From Nitrosopumilus sp. (GTDB taxonomy: Archaea; Thermoproteota; Nitrososphaeria; Nitrososphaerales; Nitrosopumilaceae), in contig OZ242041.1 of NCBI GenBank assembly GCA_965205215.1, positions 1,568,001 through 1,632,000 of the forward strand: a stretch of DNA of 64,000 nucleotides, written 5' to 3'. This document shows positions 39,259 to 49,817 of this stretch, piece by piece. Each line of letters opens with the position of its first letter. The first letter of the stretch is position 1. The position numbers were made by a program, and so were the translations under genes. The notes under the pieces were generated by a model. It did not search any database, was not told the origin of the DNA, and worked only from the letters and a program-made list of their open reading frames with translations.

Positions 39259-39488
39259 AACGAAGCTGTCGCACTCCCACAAATAAATATTGGCAGCCGG
39301 CGCGCGCCAGGCCCCGGGCAGGCCCGTGTCAGTCCCCGGGAGACCCATCTCACGCGCAACGGCGTGCGCCGCGCCCGGGGCGTCCCGCGGACTGCCTCGT
39401 TCGCGTTCGAGGCGTTCGGCGCGCGACAATGTGGGCAGGCAGCCCTGCCAATCAATCAAAATAAATATCAAAGCGAAACCGAACAGCC

Positions 39489-41321
39489 ATGGGTTTTGCA
39501 GGCAAGACCGCCCTGATCACGGGCAGTGGCACCGGGATAGGCCTTGCAATAGCAAAAAAGTTTGCCAGGCACGGGGCAAACGTGATCATACTGGGAAGGC
39601 GAAAGGAGCCGCTGGAGTCCGCGGCGGCGGAACTCAGGGACATCGCGCGGCAGCAGGGGCACGGGGATGCCAAGGTTACGATATTTCCCGGGGTGGACGT
39701 GGCCGACGAGGCGGGCGTCAGCTCCATGTTCGACAGGCTGGCCGCAGACGGCACGACGGTAGACTACATGATAAACAACGCCGGGGTATCGGGGCCGGTC
39801 ACCTGCTTTGCGAACGCGTCAATAAAGGACTTTGAGAGCACCGTAAACATACACCTGACAGGAACGTTCTGGGGCTCAGTCCAGGCTCTCAGGGTGATGG
39901 GGCGGGGCGGCAAGATAGTCACGATATCGACCTTCTTTACGGAGGAGAGGCCGCTTGAGCAGCGGCCCTACAGGTTCAGGAGCCCGTACACCGCATCCCA
40001 GGGCGCAAAGAACAGGCTCGCGGAGATGATGTCATGGGAGCTTGCCGGGACGGGCATCGCGTCCATTGCAACAAACCCGGGGCCCGTCCACTCGGACAGG
40101 ATATACAAGACCGTATACCCAAAGGCGGCGGCCGAGTTCATGAGGGTGAGCGGGTACGAGTCCATGAGCCCCGCGGAGGTGGAAAGGTACGCGTCTGAGA
40201 GACTGCTGCCGTTGCTAGGCGAGGACGAGGGGACGGTATCGGCCGGAGTCGCGTCGGCCGCAAGGGCAATGTCGCATGAGAAGGGCATGGCGGAGGATGA
40301 GGCCTCCAAGATCCTCACGGGCCTGCTAGAGAAGATACAGTACATTGCAGAGAAGGTGCAGAAGAACACGTCGCGGATGATTGCAAACCAGGAGTTTCTA
40401 TCGCAGGACCAGGTCGCAGAATCGGTGCTGAACCTGTGCGGCGACGAGATGTCGGCAATACTCGACGGCAAGGTCGTGCCAGGCGACAGGGTCTTTTATC
40501 CGGTAAAGCCGCACGTTGCAGGCGCGCTCCCCGCGCCAAAGGCAAGGCAGGACCTGTCGGGCGGAAAAGGCATCATCGTAATCACGGCCGATCCCACAGA
40601 CATGGAAGACGTGCGGCACATAGAGCACATGGCGTCCCACATACAGGACGACTGCGGGGGGGACGTGGTGTGCTTCGTGTCAGAAGCGGCGCCCGCCGAG
40701 GCCGCGGAGCGCATCGCCAAGAAGATGCATTCGCACGTGATAAACCTGGCCGACCCCGAAGAGGTCTCCAGGTGGCTTGGAACCGCCCAGCAGAAGAGGG
40801 GGAAGATACTGGGGGCCGTACACTACACGGGCAGCGTCCCGGCAGTCGAGAAGCTGATCAAGGTTACGCGCAAGGAGTGGGACGGGCTCGTCTCAAAGTT
40901 TGTCATCAGGCCCGCCGTATCGGCGCAGGGCGTGCTGGACGCGTTCGTGCCCGGAGGCGGGGAGGATCCCAGGCGGTTCAAGGATACGGACGGCACGATC
41001 ATGATCGTGGGGCCCCGACTGCCATCCGGCAAAAAGACCACGGGCATACAGAGGGCGCAGGCAGAGGTGTTCAGGGGGGCTCTTCGGCCGTTCGTCACCA
41101 CGGTCAACCAGGAACTCAGCGACGTGCTGGGATCCAGGATCAGGGTGTTCGCGGCCCTGCCAGGCTCCGTGACGGGGGCGGAGCCCGACCCGCAGAGGAT
41201 TGCAGACGTGTTTGATACGGTAATCTCGCCGGCAGATGCCGACGGCGGCAAGGGGGCAGAAGGGGGCTCGCCGGCAACATCCCTGTCCACGGTCATATTC
41301 TGCACAGACGAGGCGCGCTGA
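39489..41321 (+). CDS. Two-domain SDR oxidoreductase resembling the N-terminal (alcohol dehydrogenase) half of Chloroflexus malonyl-CoA reductase
   Basis: TGSGTGIG, NNAG, ISTFF, RSPY and PGPVHSDRI motifs, plus a second degenerate Rossmann domain. Confidence 0.8.
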   Translation: MGFAGKTALITGSGTGIGLAIAKKFARHGANVIILGRRKEPLESAAAELRDIARQQGHGDAKVTIFPGVDVADEAGVSSMFDRLAADGTTVDYMINNAGVSGPVTCFANASIKDFESTVNIHLTGTFWGSVQALRVMGRGGKIVTISTFFTEERPLEQRPYRFRSPYTASQGAKNRLAEMMSWELAGTGIASIATNPGPVHSDRIYKTVYPKAAAEFMRVSGYESMSPAEVERYASERLLPLLGEDEGTVSAGVASAARAMSHEKGMAEDEASKILTGLLEKIQYIAEKVQKNTSRMIANQEFLSQDQVAESVLNLCGDEMSAILDGKVVPGDRVFYPVKPHVAGALPAPKARQDLSGGKGIIVITADPTDMEDVRHIEHMASHIQDDCGGDVVCFVSEAAPAEAAERIAKKMHSHVINLADPEEVSRWLGTAQQKRGKILGAVHYTGSVPAVEKLIKVTRKEWDGLVSKFVIRPAVSAQGVLDAFVPGGGEDPRRFKDTDGTIMIVGPRLPSGKKTTGIQRAQAEVFRGALRPFVTTVNQELSDVLGSRIRVFAALPGSVTGAEPDPQRIADVFDTVISPADADGGKGAEGGSPATSLSTVIFCTDEAR

Positions 41322-41369
41322 CCGGACATGCAACCCACTGTCACCACCACCACCAGCCGCGGATAGAAA

Positions 41370-41870
41370 ATGAAGAGATTCGACGAGTTTAGCACGGGCG
41401 ACAGGCTGCAGTCCGAGTTTACCATCTCCGAGAAAGAGCTTGACATGTACATGGAGTTTGCACGCGTAAAGAACGCGTTTTTGGAGGAGGGCCGGGGAGC
41501 CGGCGGGCGCCTCATACCCGGCAGGGCGCTCCTCTCCAGAATCGAGGGCGAGTTCTCAAGGCTCGAGGAGGTATACGGCAACCACATCATACTGGCCGGC
41601 TACGACGGTGATCCGGACTGGGACGGCCGCGGCACGAGGTTCCTCGCACCGGTTTACACGGGGGACACGCTGAGGGCGACCTATGTCATATCTGGCGTGG
41701 AGGACGTAAGCGACGAGTACGGCAGGATCTCAGTGGACTACGAGGCGGCGGGCGAGGGGGGAAGACTCGTGCTGCTCTCAAGGCGCAACATCTACAGGGT
41801 GAGGAAGAGCCCGCCGCCGGCAGCGGGTCACGGCACGACCGGCTCGGGGGTCTCGAGCGTCGAGTCATAG
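41370..41870 (+). CDS. Hot-dog fold (MaoC-like) protein
   Basis: FDEFSTGD...RFLAPVYTGDTL. Confidence 0.8.
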   Translation: MKRFDEFSTGDRLQSEFTISEKELDMYMEFARVKNAFLEEGRGAGGRLIPGRALLSRIEGEFSRLEEVYGNHIILAGYDGDPDWDGRGTRFLAPVYTGDTLRATYVISGVEDVSDEYGRISVDYEAAGEGGRLVLLSRRNIYRVRKSPPPAAGHGTTGSGVSSVES

Positions 41871-42634
41871 AACATCTTTGCAGACGCCGCAAGAATCACG
41901 CCGAATGTCAGCAGGCGGAGGTTGTGCTCCTTTGCCTCTATCGACAGCCGCGCCCCGGTTATTCCCCCGGCAAAGGCGCCAATCGCCATAAACGAGGCCT
42001 GCAGGAGATCGGGATTGCCCAGGAACCCGTGCACCGTAATGCCGGAGAGTGACGCGAACAGCAGTATCATCTGCGACGTCGGGGCGGCCCTCTTTATCGA
42101 CATTCCAAGGCCCGCGACCATCAGAGGGACGAATATTATGCCCCCGCCTATGCCAAAAAAGGACGAGGTCATGCCAGCAAAAAAGCTCACCCCGGCCAGG
42201 AACACGATCATCAGCCCCGGAAACGAGTACAGCGGGTTCTTGCCGCCGGGCGTACTCTCCCCCGAGTTTTTCGTAAGCCTCGGCTTTAGCAGTAGGTACG
42301 CGGCCGATACGACGAGCACCAGCCCGAACAGGAACTGAAAGTTGTGGTGCGCCACGTCTGACGTCACCCATGCCCCCACCACCGTGCCCGGAAGCGACAG
42401 CAGCCCGAGCTTGAGTCCCAGAGTGTACTCGATGCGCTTCTGCCTGGAGTATGAGATGGTCGAGGCGACCGCGTTGCTGAACGTGGCAAGCAGGCTGTTG
42501 CTGGCCGCCAGCGTGTGCGGGAATCCGAGGAACACCATCACCGGTACCGTAATTATCCCGCCGCCCAGCCCGGTCATAGAGCCAAGCAGTCCCGATGCAA
42601 ACCCGAGCGGGATGAGCCAGAGGTGCTCGATCAT
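41828..42634 (-). CDS. TauE/SafE family (sulfite exporter) membrane protein
   Basis: Two GxGGGxIxVP repeats, multi-TM. Confidence 0.9.
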   Translation of the reverse strand: MIEHLWLIPLGFASGLLGSMTGLGGGIITVPVMVFLGFPHTLAASNSLLATFSNAVASTISYSRQKRIEYTLGLKLGLLSLPGTVVGAWVTSDVAHHNFQFLFGLVLVVSAAYLLLKPRLTKNSGESTPGGKNPLYSFPGLMIVFLAGVSFFAGMTSSFFGIGGGIIFVPLMVAGLGMSIKRAAPTSQMILLFASLSGITVHGFLGNPDLLQASFMAIGAFAGGITGARLSIEAKEHNLRLLTFGVILAASAKMFYDSTLETPEPVVP

Positions 42635-43051
42635 GCCGTGCCAAGACGGCCAACTGTTATTAGTTTTGTCTGGTGCGGTTACGCGGCTGCGTCCCCTTTT
42701 GCACTCCCACTCACCGCCCACTCTAATCGTCCCGGCCCAAGGCCGAGTGTTCGCGCATGCGCGCTATAGCCGCGCGCGGACGCGGCATCAGGGCCGTCCA
42801 GATTGACAGACGGGCGCTCCCGCCGGGTTCCTCACAACGCTGCCCGAAGGGCCGCAACGCATTTTTCAGTAACGGGACCCTGCGCGTCCAGAAGCCAGAT
42901 GCCGCGCCCGGTTTGCGCGCAGTGCAGCATCATCGGGAGCTGGCCTCCAGAGTCACGCCGGCCGCCACCAAGCTGCCAGAGGCCGGGTCAGTTGGCGCGA
43001 AACCAAAAAAGGATCCATAACGTATAATTGAATGGCGTCCGTAGCACGCCC

Positions 43052-43402
43052 ATGGCGGAACTCAGGCTGTTTGGCTCCGGCGGCAGCATAGTCGCGGACC
43101 TGACTGAGGAGCAGGCAAAGGCGGCGGACCTGGGCGTCGGCAAGCTGTTTCTAGCGCCAATCGGAAAGATAGAGCGGTCCAAGATGTCAGGGCATGCGTG
43201 CAACGACTGCAAGAAAGAGTTTGACGGGCCGCCCAAGATAAGCCCTGAGAGCGGCAGCGAGGGGCCCGAGCAGGTCTCCGAGAACCTCCTGCTCGTCGAG
43301 CGGGGGCAGTACCAGTGCGGGGGATGCGGCTCAGTAATCGGCGAATACAGGGTGTTTGAAAAGAAGGACGATGACGCCGGGCTTGCAGTGCCGTCGGCCT
43401 GA
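43052..43402 (+). CDS. Conserved zinc-ribbon hypothetical protein
   Basis: CNDC...CGGC. Confidence 0.75.
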   Translation: MAELRLFGSGGSIVADLTEEQAKAADLGVGKLFLAPIGKIERSKMSGHACNDCKKEFDGPPKISPESGSEGPEQVSENLLLVERGQYQCGGCGSVIGEYRVFEKKDDDAGLAVPSA

Positions 43403-43443
43403 CGTACAGGCAGAGGGACGATGAGGAGGGGGGAGACGGCAGG

Positions 43444-43959
43444 ATGCCAAAGACCTCGGAGCAGATGAAGCAGCTGGTGGAGGAATACATCAAGATAACA
43501 AAGGTAAAGTACGAGGATCAGACCCAGGTCGTCAGGTCCAAAACCCAGACCATCGATTGGCAGTTCTATGTGGGCGACAACATCATAGTAAGCAAGAATA
43601 CAAACAGGGAAGACCGCATACACATCAACGTGAATATGAGGTTCACGCCACAGGACACAAAGCTGCTGGTGCCAAGCAATCCCGCGTTTGCAAAGGCGGC
43701 AATCGAGATAAGCGGCATATGCACCGCCTGCGGCGTGGGACACCAGTGGGTTAACGCCGGGGGCGAGGTGGTGGGACTTGCGATATTCTCGCACGTCGAC
43801 GAGCAGGTTCTTGACAGGGTGACGTTCCACAACGCGTGGGACAACGTGGCCAGGGTGTCAGGACACATGCAGAAGATACTTCGCGCCAACCTAGGCAACC
43901 TCGCAAAGGGGACGGCGGCTCCAAGCGGCGGACCCACAGAGTCGTCGATATACGGGTGA
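43444..43959 (+). CDS. Conserved hypothetical protein
   Basis: 171-aa ORF with normal composition. Confidence 0.75.
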   Translation: MPKTSEQMKQLVEEYIKITKVKYEDQTQVVRSKTQTIDWQFYVGDNIIVSKNTNREDRIHINVNMRFTPQDTKLLVPSNPAFAKAAIEISGICTACGVGHQWVNAGGEVVGLAIFSHVDEQVLDRVTFHNAWDNVARVSGHMQKILRANLGNLAKGTAAPSGGPTESSIYG

Positions 43960-44001
43960 GCAGAGGCGCGTCGCAACAGGGGGCGCGTGGCGGCGCGCAT
44001 G

Positions 44002-46083
44002 CTACATCACGTCTGGCGCCGAGATCCCCACAAGGCCCAGGGCCCTCGTGACGGCGAGCCGGAACGAGCGGACCAGGTACAGGCGCGCGTCCTCCAAGCC
44101 AGGATCGCCTAGCCCCAGCACCCGGCTGCGCTCGTAAAACGCGTTGAACGACACGGCCAAGTCATGGCAGTACCTTGCAACGACCTTGGGCGAGAGGTTT
44201 CTTGCCGCGTCCTCTACTGCCATCTCAAAGGAGCCAATCGCCCTGATCAGTGCAATCTCGGCATCCTCCCCCCCAAGCAGCCCAAAGTCAATTTTGTCGG
44301 GAGGCTCCCGCCCCGCCTTCTCAAGGATCCTCGATGCCCTTGCTCCCGCGTACTGTATGTAGGATGCCGTGTCCCCCTCCAGGCTCAGTGATCGCTCCAT
44401 GTCAAACGTGATTATCTTGTCCAGATCCTGCTTTATCATCTCATACCTTATTGTTCCAACGGAGATGTCGCGGGATATGCGCGCGACGTCCGAGTCGTCC
44501 ATGTCAGGGTGGCGCTTGAGCGTCTCGGCTGCCGCCTTTTTGCGCAGCTCCTCGTACACGGAATCCGCGTCCACATAGAGCCCGCGTCGGCCGGACATGT
44601 GGGCCTGCCGCTTGTCCGTCTCCATCCCGAGTGTCCTTGCCGTGTCAGAGCTCAGCGTGACTGACTCGTAGGCCAGGTGCACGTACGCGGACCCGCTTGA
44701 CTTGAAGCGCCCCATCAGATCCGAGACAATTCTCTGCAGCCCCGACTGCCGCGAGTCGATTACCGTAATTACGCGCTCCCCGGCAAAGTTCATCGCGTTA
44801 TCCGATCGGCCAAGGGCAGTCTGCCACAGGGTGGTGCCCCCGGGCTGCTCGACGTCGTACCTTACGTATCCGAACGGATCGTCGACCAGCCCCAGCTTCC
44901 ACGCCGCGTACGGAATGTCCTTTGCTATGTACGTGGCAGTCCCGTTGCTTCTCACGATGACCTTGTCACGGTTCTCCTCAGGCGGGCCCTCCTTTTTGGC
45001 GGCGCGCGCGCTGCTGCTGTCGCCGCTGTCGCCGTCGCCGCCACTGTCGCTGCTGCCATCACTGGTACCGACGCCCTCGCCCCGGCCAGCCCCGGCCCCG
45101 TGCGCGTCCCGTATCACCCAGCACCCGTCGTTCTTGCCCCCGCTACGGTCAAGGTCCACAAGGTTCATGGCCTTGAGCTTGTCAAACACCGCACCCCACA
45201 TGCCAGACCGTATTATGTGCGACTCAAAATTGAGGCAGTCGTAGTATACGGAGAGGCGCCAGCACGTCTGCAGCTGGTCGGCAAGCACGCGGCGCGTTAT
45301 CACGCCTGCAAGCTTGGCGGCCTCAGTCGAGCCGTCCTCAATCTCCTTCAGGGTGTCGTGCCTCAGCCCCTCAAGGGACGGATCCGAATCGTATCTCTGC
45401 GTGGTTTTCACGTAGACCTCGTCGCCGCAGTACTGTGCAAACGTCTTTCCCGGCGGCGGATCCATTGGGAACCCGAGGTGCCTGAACCCCACGACCACGT
45501 CGGCCACCTGCAGCCCCGAGTCGTCCACATAGTTGAGCACCTTGACCGCGTGCCCCGACTTTCTGAGTATCCGGGACACGGTGTCCCCGATTATGATGTT
45601 GCGGACGTGTCCTATGTGCAGGGCCTTGTTGGGGTTCACGCTGGTATGCTCTACCGTAACGGGTGTGCCGCCCCCAATCTCCGAGTCCCCGAACGTGTCT
45701 AGCCCGGCGCCAGACAGGATGATCTCAGAGAGCTGCGCCCAGTCGGCCTCAAAGTTGACGTGCCCGGACGGGTGCGGTACAGAGCGCACCACAAGCCCCC
45801 CGGGCGGGTTGCGCTCGTTGTACTTGGCAGATATGGCGCGCGCGATATCGGGGGGGCTCATCTTGAGCCGTCCGGCAAGCAGAAAGGCGGCGTTTGAGCT
45901 TGCGTCGCCAAATCCGGGCCTTGAAAGCGAGACGTCAAAGGGCAGGGTGCGGGCATGATGGCCGCCGTCACTGGCCCCGTCAAGTTCGGCGCATGCGTCC
46001 TGTATAACGTCGTGCAGTAGGCGCTGCCGTATCTCCTCAAGCAGTGCTTTCATAGACGCGGGTGTCATGATAGTGCCAATCAC
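44002..46083 (-). CDS. argS: Arginine--tRNA ligase
   Basis: EHTSVNPNKALHIGH, RSNGTATYIAKD, MSGRRG and SYIQYA motifs. Confidence 0.96.
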   Translation of the reverse strand: MIGTIMTPASMKALLEEIRQRLLHDVIQDACAELDGASDGGHHARTLPFDVSLSRPGFGDASSNAAFLLAGRLKMSPPDIARAISAKYNERNPPGGLVVRSVPHPSGHVNFEADWAQLSEIILSGAGLDTFGDSEIGGGTPVTVEHTSVNPNKALHIGHVRNIIIGDTVSRILRKSGHAVKVLNYVDDSGLQVADVVVGFRHLGFPMDPPPGKTFAQYCGDEVYVKTTQRYDSDPSLEGLRHDTLKEIEDGSTEAAKLAGVITRRVLADQLQTCWRLSVYYDCLNFESHIIRSGMWGAVFDKLKAMNLVDLDRSGGKNDGCWVIRDAHGAGAGRGEGVGTSDGSSDSGGDGDSGDSSSARAAKKEGPPEENRDKVIVRSNGTATYIAKDIPYAAWKLGLVDDPFGYVRYDVEQPGGTTLWQTALGRSDNAMNFAGERVITVIDSRQSGLQRIVSDLMGRFKSSGSAYVHLAYESVTLSSDTARTLGMETDKRQAHMSGRRGLYVDADSVYEELRKKAAAETLKRHPDMDDSDVARISRDISVGTIRYEMIKQDLDKIITFDMERSLSLEGDTASYIQYAGARASRILEKAGREPPDKIDFGLLGGEDAEIALIRAIGSFEMAVEDAARNLSPKVVARYCHDLAVSFNAFYERSRVLGLGDPGLEDARLYLVRSFRLAVTRALGLVGISAPDVM

Positions 46084-46811
46084 CGCCGCCTTCCCGTCAC
46101 CGAGAGTATCTCGGGGGCCAATTTATCCAGGGCCTCTAGCACCCCGTCGCCGGCGCCCGACATCGTGGTCATTGTGGCCTTATCTTTTACGCTGTCAGAC
46201 GCGTTTGCAAGCGCTATGCTCGTGCCGGCCTCCCCGAACAGCGGGACGTCGGTGGCGCTGTCCCCTATGGCAATTACGTCGTCCCTTGACACGGACAGCA
46301 TCTCCGCCACGCGCCTGAACCCAGTCCCCTTGTCGACCCCCGGCGAGTTGATGTGGTACGCGTACTGGCTGTCAGAAAGCTTCGCGCTCATGCCGCGACG
46401 CTCAAGCACTCTTGCCGCCCTGTCCACCTCAAACGTGCGCTCCAGCACCACCTCCGTCATGCGTGGGAATACCGGCTTTCGGTGCGCGCTCGGAATCTCT
46501 TGCCGGATGGCATCAAAGGCCGCCTCGCACTCGGCCCTGTCGCCTATCAGTATGTGGCTGTCGGGCCCGTCCGTTATGCAGCCGCCGTTCTCCCCCACGG
46601 CAATGTTGGTGGTGCCCCCAAAGACCGACAGTACGAACCCCTCCACCGACGAGCGGCCGGTCACGAATATCACGGTGTGCCCGCACTCCTCCAGGCGCCT
46701 CAGGGCCGACATGGCGCCCAGGTGTATGCGCCCGCCTCCATTCTCGGTTATGGTGCCGTCAATGTCCACCGCAAACACCTTACGGCCCCGTGCGGCCTCC
46801 TTTTTGCCCAT
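46080..46811 (-). CDS. Phosphoglycolate phosphatase (HAD, Cof-like)
   Basis: DIDGT, TGR, ENG, KGTG and GDSATD motifs. Confidence 0.9.
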   Translation of the reverse strand: MGKKEAARGRKVFAVDIDGTITENGGGRIHLGAMSALRRLEECGHTVIFVTGRSSVEGFVLSVFGGTTNIAVGENGGCITDGPDSHILIGDRAECEAAFDAIRQEIPSAHRKPVFPRMTEVVLERTFEVDRAARVLERRGMSAKLSDSQYAYHINSPGVDKGTGFRRVAEMLSVSRDDVIAIGDSATDVPLFGEAGTSIALANASDSVKDKATMTTMSGAGDGVLEALDKLAPEILSVTGRRR

Positions 46812-47059
46812 TTAACCAGGCCGTCGCGGCGCGCAAATAAGATGTTTGCCCGCGGCAGGACGGCAGGAAGCAAAAACCGCGCCACCGGAAAACTTCAGGA
46901 GCGTCCGCGTCGACGCCAGCGGCTACAGGAGGGCGGCACGCACGCGCTGCCGCGTCACGGGATCAGAGACGCGTCAAGAAGGCCGAGAGGCCGCGGGGCG
47001 TCCGCCAGCCCTCCAGCGAATCCAATAGTTTTATTTTAACAGGGTGGGACGGCGCCCTC

Positions 47060-48181
47060 ATGGGCATTCCCGAAAAGATAAAGGCCATACAGGATGAGAT
47101 GGCAAGGACGCAGATCAACAAGGCCACGGAGCACCACATAGGCCTGTTAAAGGCCAAGATTGCAAAGCTAAAGCGAGAGCAGGAAGAGAACACGATAAAA
47201 AAGTCGGGCGCAAAGTCGGACGGCTTTGACGTCAGGCGTACGGGAGACGCGACCGTGGTGTTCATAGGACTTCCAAGCGTCGGGAAATCCACGCTGCTAA
47301 ACAAGCTGACGGATGCAAAGTCAACCGTCGGCGCGTTCCAGTTTACCACGCTGACGGTTGTGCCGGGCATGATGGAGTACAGGGGCGCAAGGATCCAAGT
47401 GCTCGATCTTCCCGGAATCATAAAGGGGGCATCGTCCGGCAAGGGCCTTGGGAAGAGAATACTCTCAGTCGCAAGGACCGCGGACCTCGTGCTGCTCATC
47501 CTTGACGTCTTCCAGCCGCACCACGAGGACGTCCTGATAAACGAGCTTGGAAACATAGGCATACGGCTCAACCAGCTCCCACCAAACATAACAATAGAGA
47601 AAGCGTCGATGGGCGGCATCGCGGTTGCGCAGCAGGTCAAGCTCACCAAGATCACCGAGGGGCACCTCAAGGACATACTGCACCTGTACGGGGTGGTTAG
47701 CGCTAGGGTTGTTACACGCGAGGACGTGACGTCCGAGCAGCTAGCGGACCACATGGCAGGCAACGTGTCGTACTCCAAGGCAATTACGGTGCTCAACAAG
47801 ATTGACCTGGTGGACTCGGAGTTCCTGCAGGACCTGCGCCAGAGGAGGGCAAGCGAGTCGAGGACGCCGGCCGTCGAGGTTTCTGCAAACGCCGAGGTCA
47901 ACATAGACGCCCTCAAGCAGCAGATATACGAGAAACTGAGGTTCATCAGAATATACATGCGCCCGAAGGGCGGGCCCACGGACTACGACGAACCGCTTAT
48001 CGCGAGGGAGGGGGACAGCGTCGAGGACGTCTGCAACAAGATCCACCGCAGGATGCGCAGGGAATTCAGGTACGGGATGATCTGGGGAAAGAGTGTCAAG
48101 TTCGGGGGCCAGAGGGTCGGACTCGGGCACATACTGCAGGACGAAGACGTACTGACGATAATAAAGGCAAGGGGCGCATAG
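47060..48181 (+). CDS. DRG/OBG-family GTPase with TGS domain
   Basis: QINKATEHH, GLPSVGKST, FTTLT, DLPG and NKID motifs. Confidence 0.96.
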   Translation: MGIPEKIKAIQDEMARTQINKATEHHIGLLKAKIAKLKREQEENTIKKSGAKSDGFDVRRTGDATVVFIGLPSVGKSTLLNKLTDAKSTVGAFQFTTLTVVPGMMEYRGARIQVLDLPGIIKGASSGKGLGKRILSVARTADLVLLILDVFQPHHEDVLINELGNIGIRLNQLPPNITIEKASMGGIAVAQQVKLTKITEGHLKDILHLYGVVSARVVTREDVTSEQLADHMAGNVSYSKAITVLNKIDLVDSEFLQDLRQRRASESRTPAVEVSANAEVNIDALKQQIYEKLRFIRIYMRPKGGPTDYDEPLIAREGDSVEDVCNKIHRRMRREFRYGMIWGKSVKFGGQRVGLGHILQDEDVLTIIKARGA

Positions 48182-48819
48182 CAAATTGTGTGCGCGCCGC
48201 CGCACCGCCGCGCGCGCAAGCAGAACCACACAACGCCGGCCGGCCCTGAAATACAGGCGAATCATGCGCCGCGCGCACATGAAAGGGATGAGTCGGATCC
48301 GCGGGTGAAAATCCACCGCGGTTGCAAAAAACCCAAAAACGTCCCAAAACAGCAGTTTTTGCAACAAAATAATTTCATAGAAAGGATCGCACATAACCGC
48401 GCATACAGTATGCCATGCAATGTCATTGCACAATGGCGCGCTGCAAGTCACGCACAGGCTAAGATCGCAAAAATGCGAAGGCGCAAAAAAGCGCGGTGGC
48501 AGAATGGCACAGAGTCATGCGGGCGGGCGCACCTCCAAAAATACGCCCGCTTATTCGTAGAATTGGCACAAATATGGCCAGGGGCGGATATTACAGGGGA
48601 CGCGTGACACGGTACAGGCCCGGTCCGCACCGCGCGTGCAAGAAACACGATCGTATTTGGATAAAGCCGTTGTATTTTGGAAAATACCCATCCGCGTGCA
48701 TGGGTTTTGCGATCGTAAAAAACGTAGTTTCTACAAAAAACAGCTCTATTTTTTACGATCGATTTGTATAATTTTTTTAATATTAACCATTGAAAAATAG
48801 CCATAATTTCGATAAAAGC

Positions 48820-49452
48820 ATGGCAAGACCAAAAGCTACAAAGCGCAAGCCGGGCAGACCAGCCAAGAAGGCGACCGTTGCAAAGCGCAAGCCGGGCAGA
48901 CCAGCCAAGAAGGCTACTGCTGCAAAGAAGGCGACCGTTGCAAAGCGCAAGCCGGGCAGACCAGCCAAGAAGGCTACTGCTGCAAAGAAGGCGACCGTTG
49001 CAAAGCGCAAGCCGGGCAGACCAGCCAAGAAGGCTACTGCTGCAAAGAAGGCGACCGTTGCAAAGCGCAAGCCGGGCAGACCAGCCAAGAAGGCTACTGC
49101 TGCAAAGAAGGCGACCGTTGCAAAGCGCAAGCCGGGCAGACCAGCCAAGAAGGCTACTGCTGCAAAGAAGGCGACCGTTGCAAAGCGCAAGCCGGGCAGA
49201 CCAGCCAAGAAGGCTACTGCTGCAAAGAAGGCGACCGTTGCAAAGCGCAAGCCGGGCAGACCAGCCAAGAAGGCTACTGCTGCAAAGAAGGCGACCGTTG
49301 CAAAGCGCAAGCCGGGCAGACCAGCCAAGAAGGCTACTGCTGCAAAGAAGGCGACCGTTGCAAAGCGCAAGCCGGGCAGACCAGCCAAGAAGGCGACCGT
49401 TGCAAAGCGCAAGCCGGGCAGACCACCAGCAAAGGCCAAGAGCAAGAAGTAA
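48820..49452 (+). CDS. Histone H1/Hc2-like basic protein with AT-hook-like KRKPGRP repeats
   Basis: 210 aa from ATG 48820, almost only K/A/R/P/T/G/V. AT-rich promoter at 48760-48790 and T-rich terminator near 49495. Confidence 0.75.
   Translation: MARPKATKRKPGRPAKKATVAKRKPGRPAKKATAAKKATVAKRKPGRPAKKATAAKKATVAKRKPGRPAKKATAAKKATVAKRKPGRPAKKATAAKKATVAKRKPGRPAKKATAAKKATVAKRKPGRPAKKATAAKKATVAKRKPGRPAKKATAAKKATVAKRKPGRPAKKATAAKKATVAKRKPGRPAKKATVAKRKPGRPPAKAKSKK
48841..49425 (+). repeat. Perfect 60-bp tandem array (8 identical units, flanked by 42-bp truncated units)
   Basis: Units at 48901-49380 are identical: ccagccaagaaggctactgctgcaaagaaggcgaccgttgcaaagcgcaagccgggcaga. Confidence 0.98.
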
Positions 49453-49817
49453 TACGAAACAGTGGCAGACCCACAACCGTCGCTTTGGCGACGTGTTTTT
49501 CTTATTTTAGTATCAGACAATGAAGTTTGGATGTGAAGCGGTTTTTCAACTGGAAGTAGGAGCAAGTCATGGCCGTTACCTTGGTTTCAATCAGATAGCG
49601 TTATGAATTCAATCAGGGCGGCACGCACCTGTACTGCATTCATCACATCACCGCCTGTGCATGACATAGGATGCACCAGCACAATCCACATCACAGCAGA
49701 GTGGCAAGGAGGCAAACAGGGTAAGAAAGGGCATGTCCAGACGACGCGCGGCAAAACAGCGGCACGGCCGGTCCCACCGGTCCAGAAGGCGGACAGTGCC
49801 GCAAGTAGTATCGCGGC

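Noticed and set aside
48841-49425. Regular repeat array as a possible CRISPR
   Set aside because: Units are identical 60-mers with no unique spacers, are in frame in a coding sequence, and no cas genes are present.
48448-49565. Alternative-frame and antisense repeat ORFs (342, 260 and 210 aa)
   Set aside because: By-products of a stop-free 60-bp repeat. Only the Lys/Ala frame has a good ATG, promoter and terminator.
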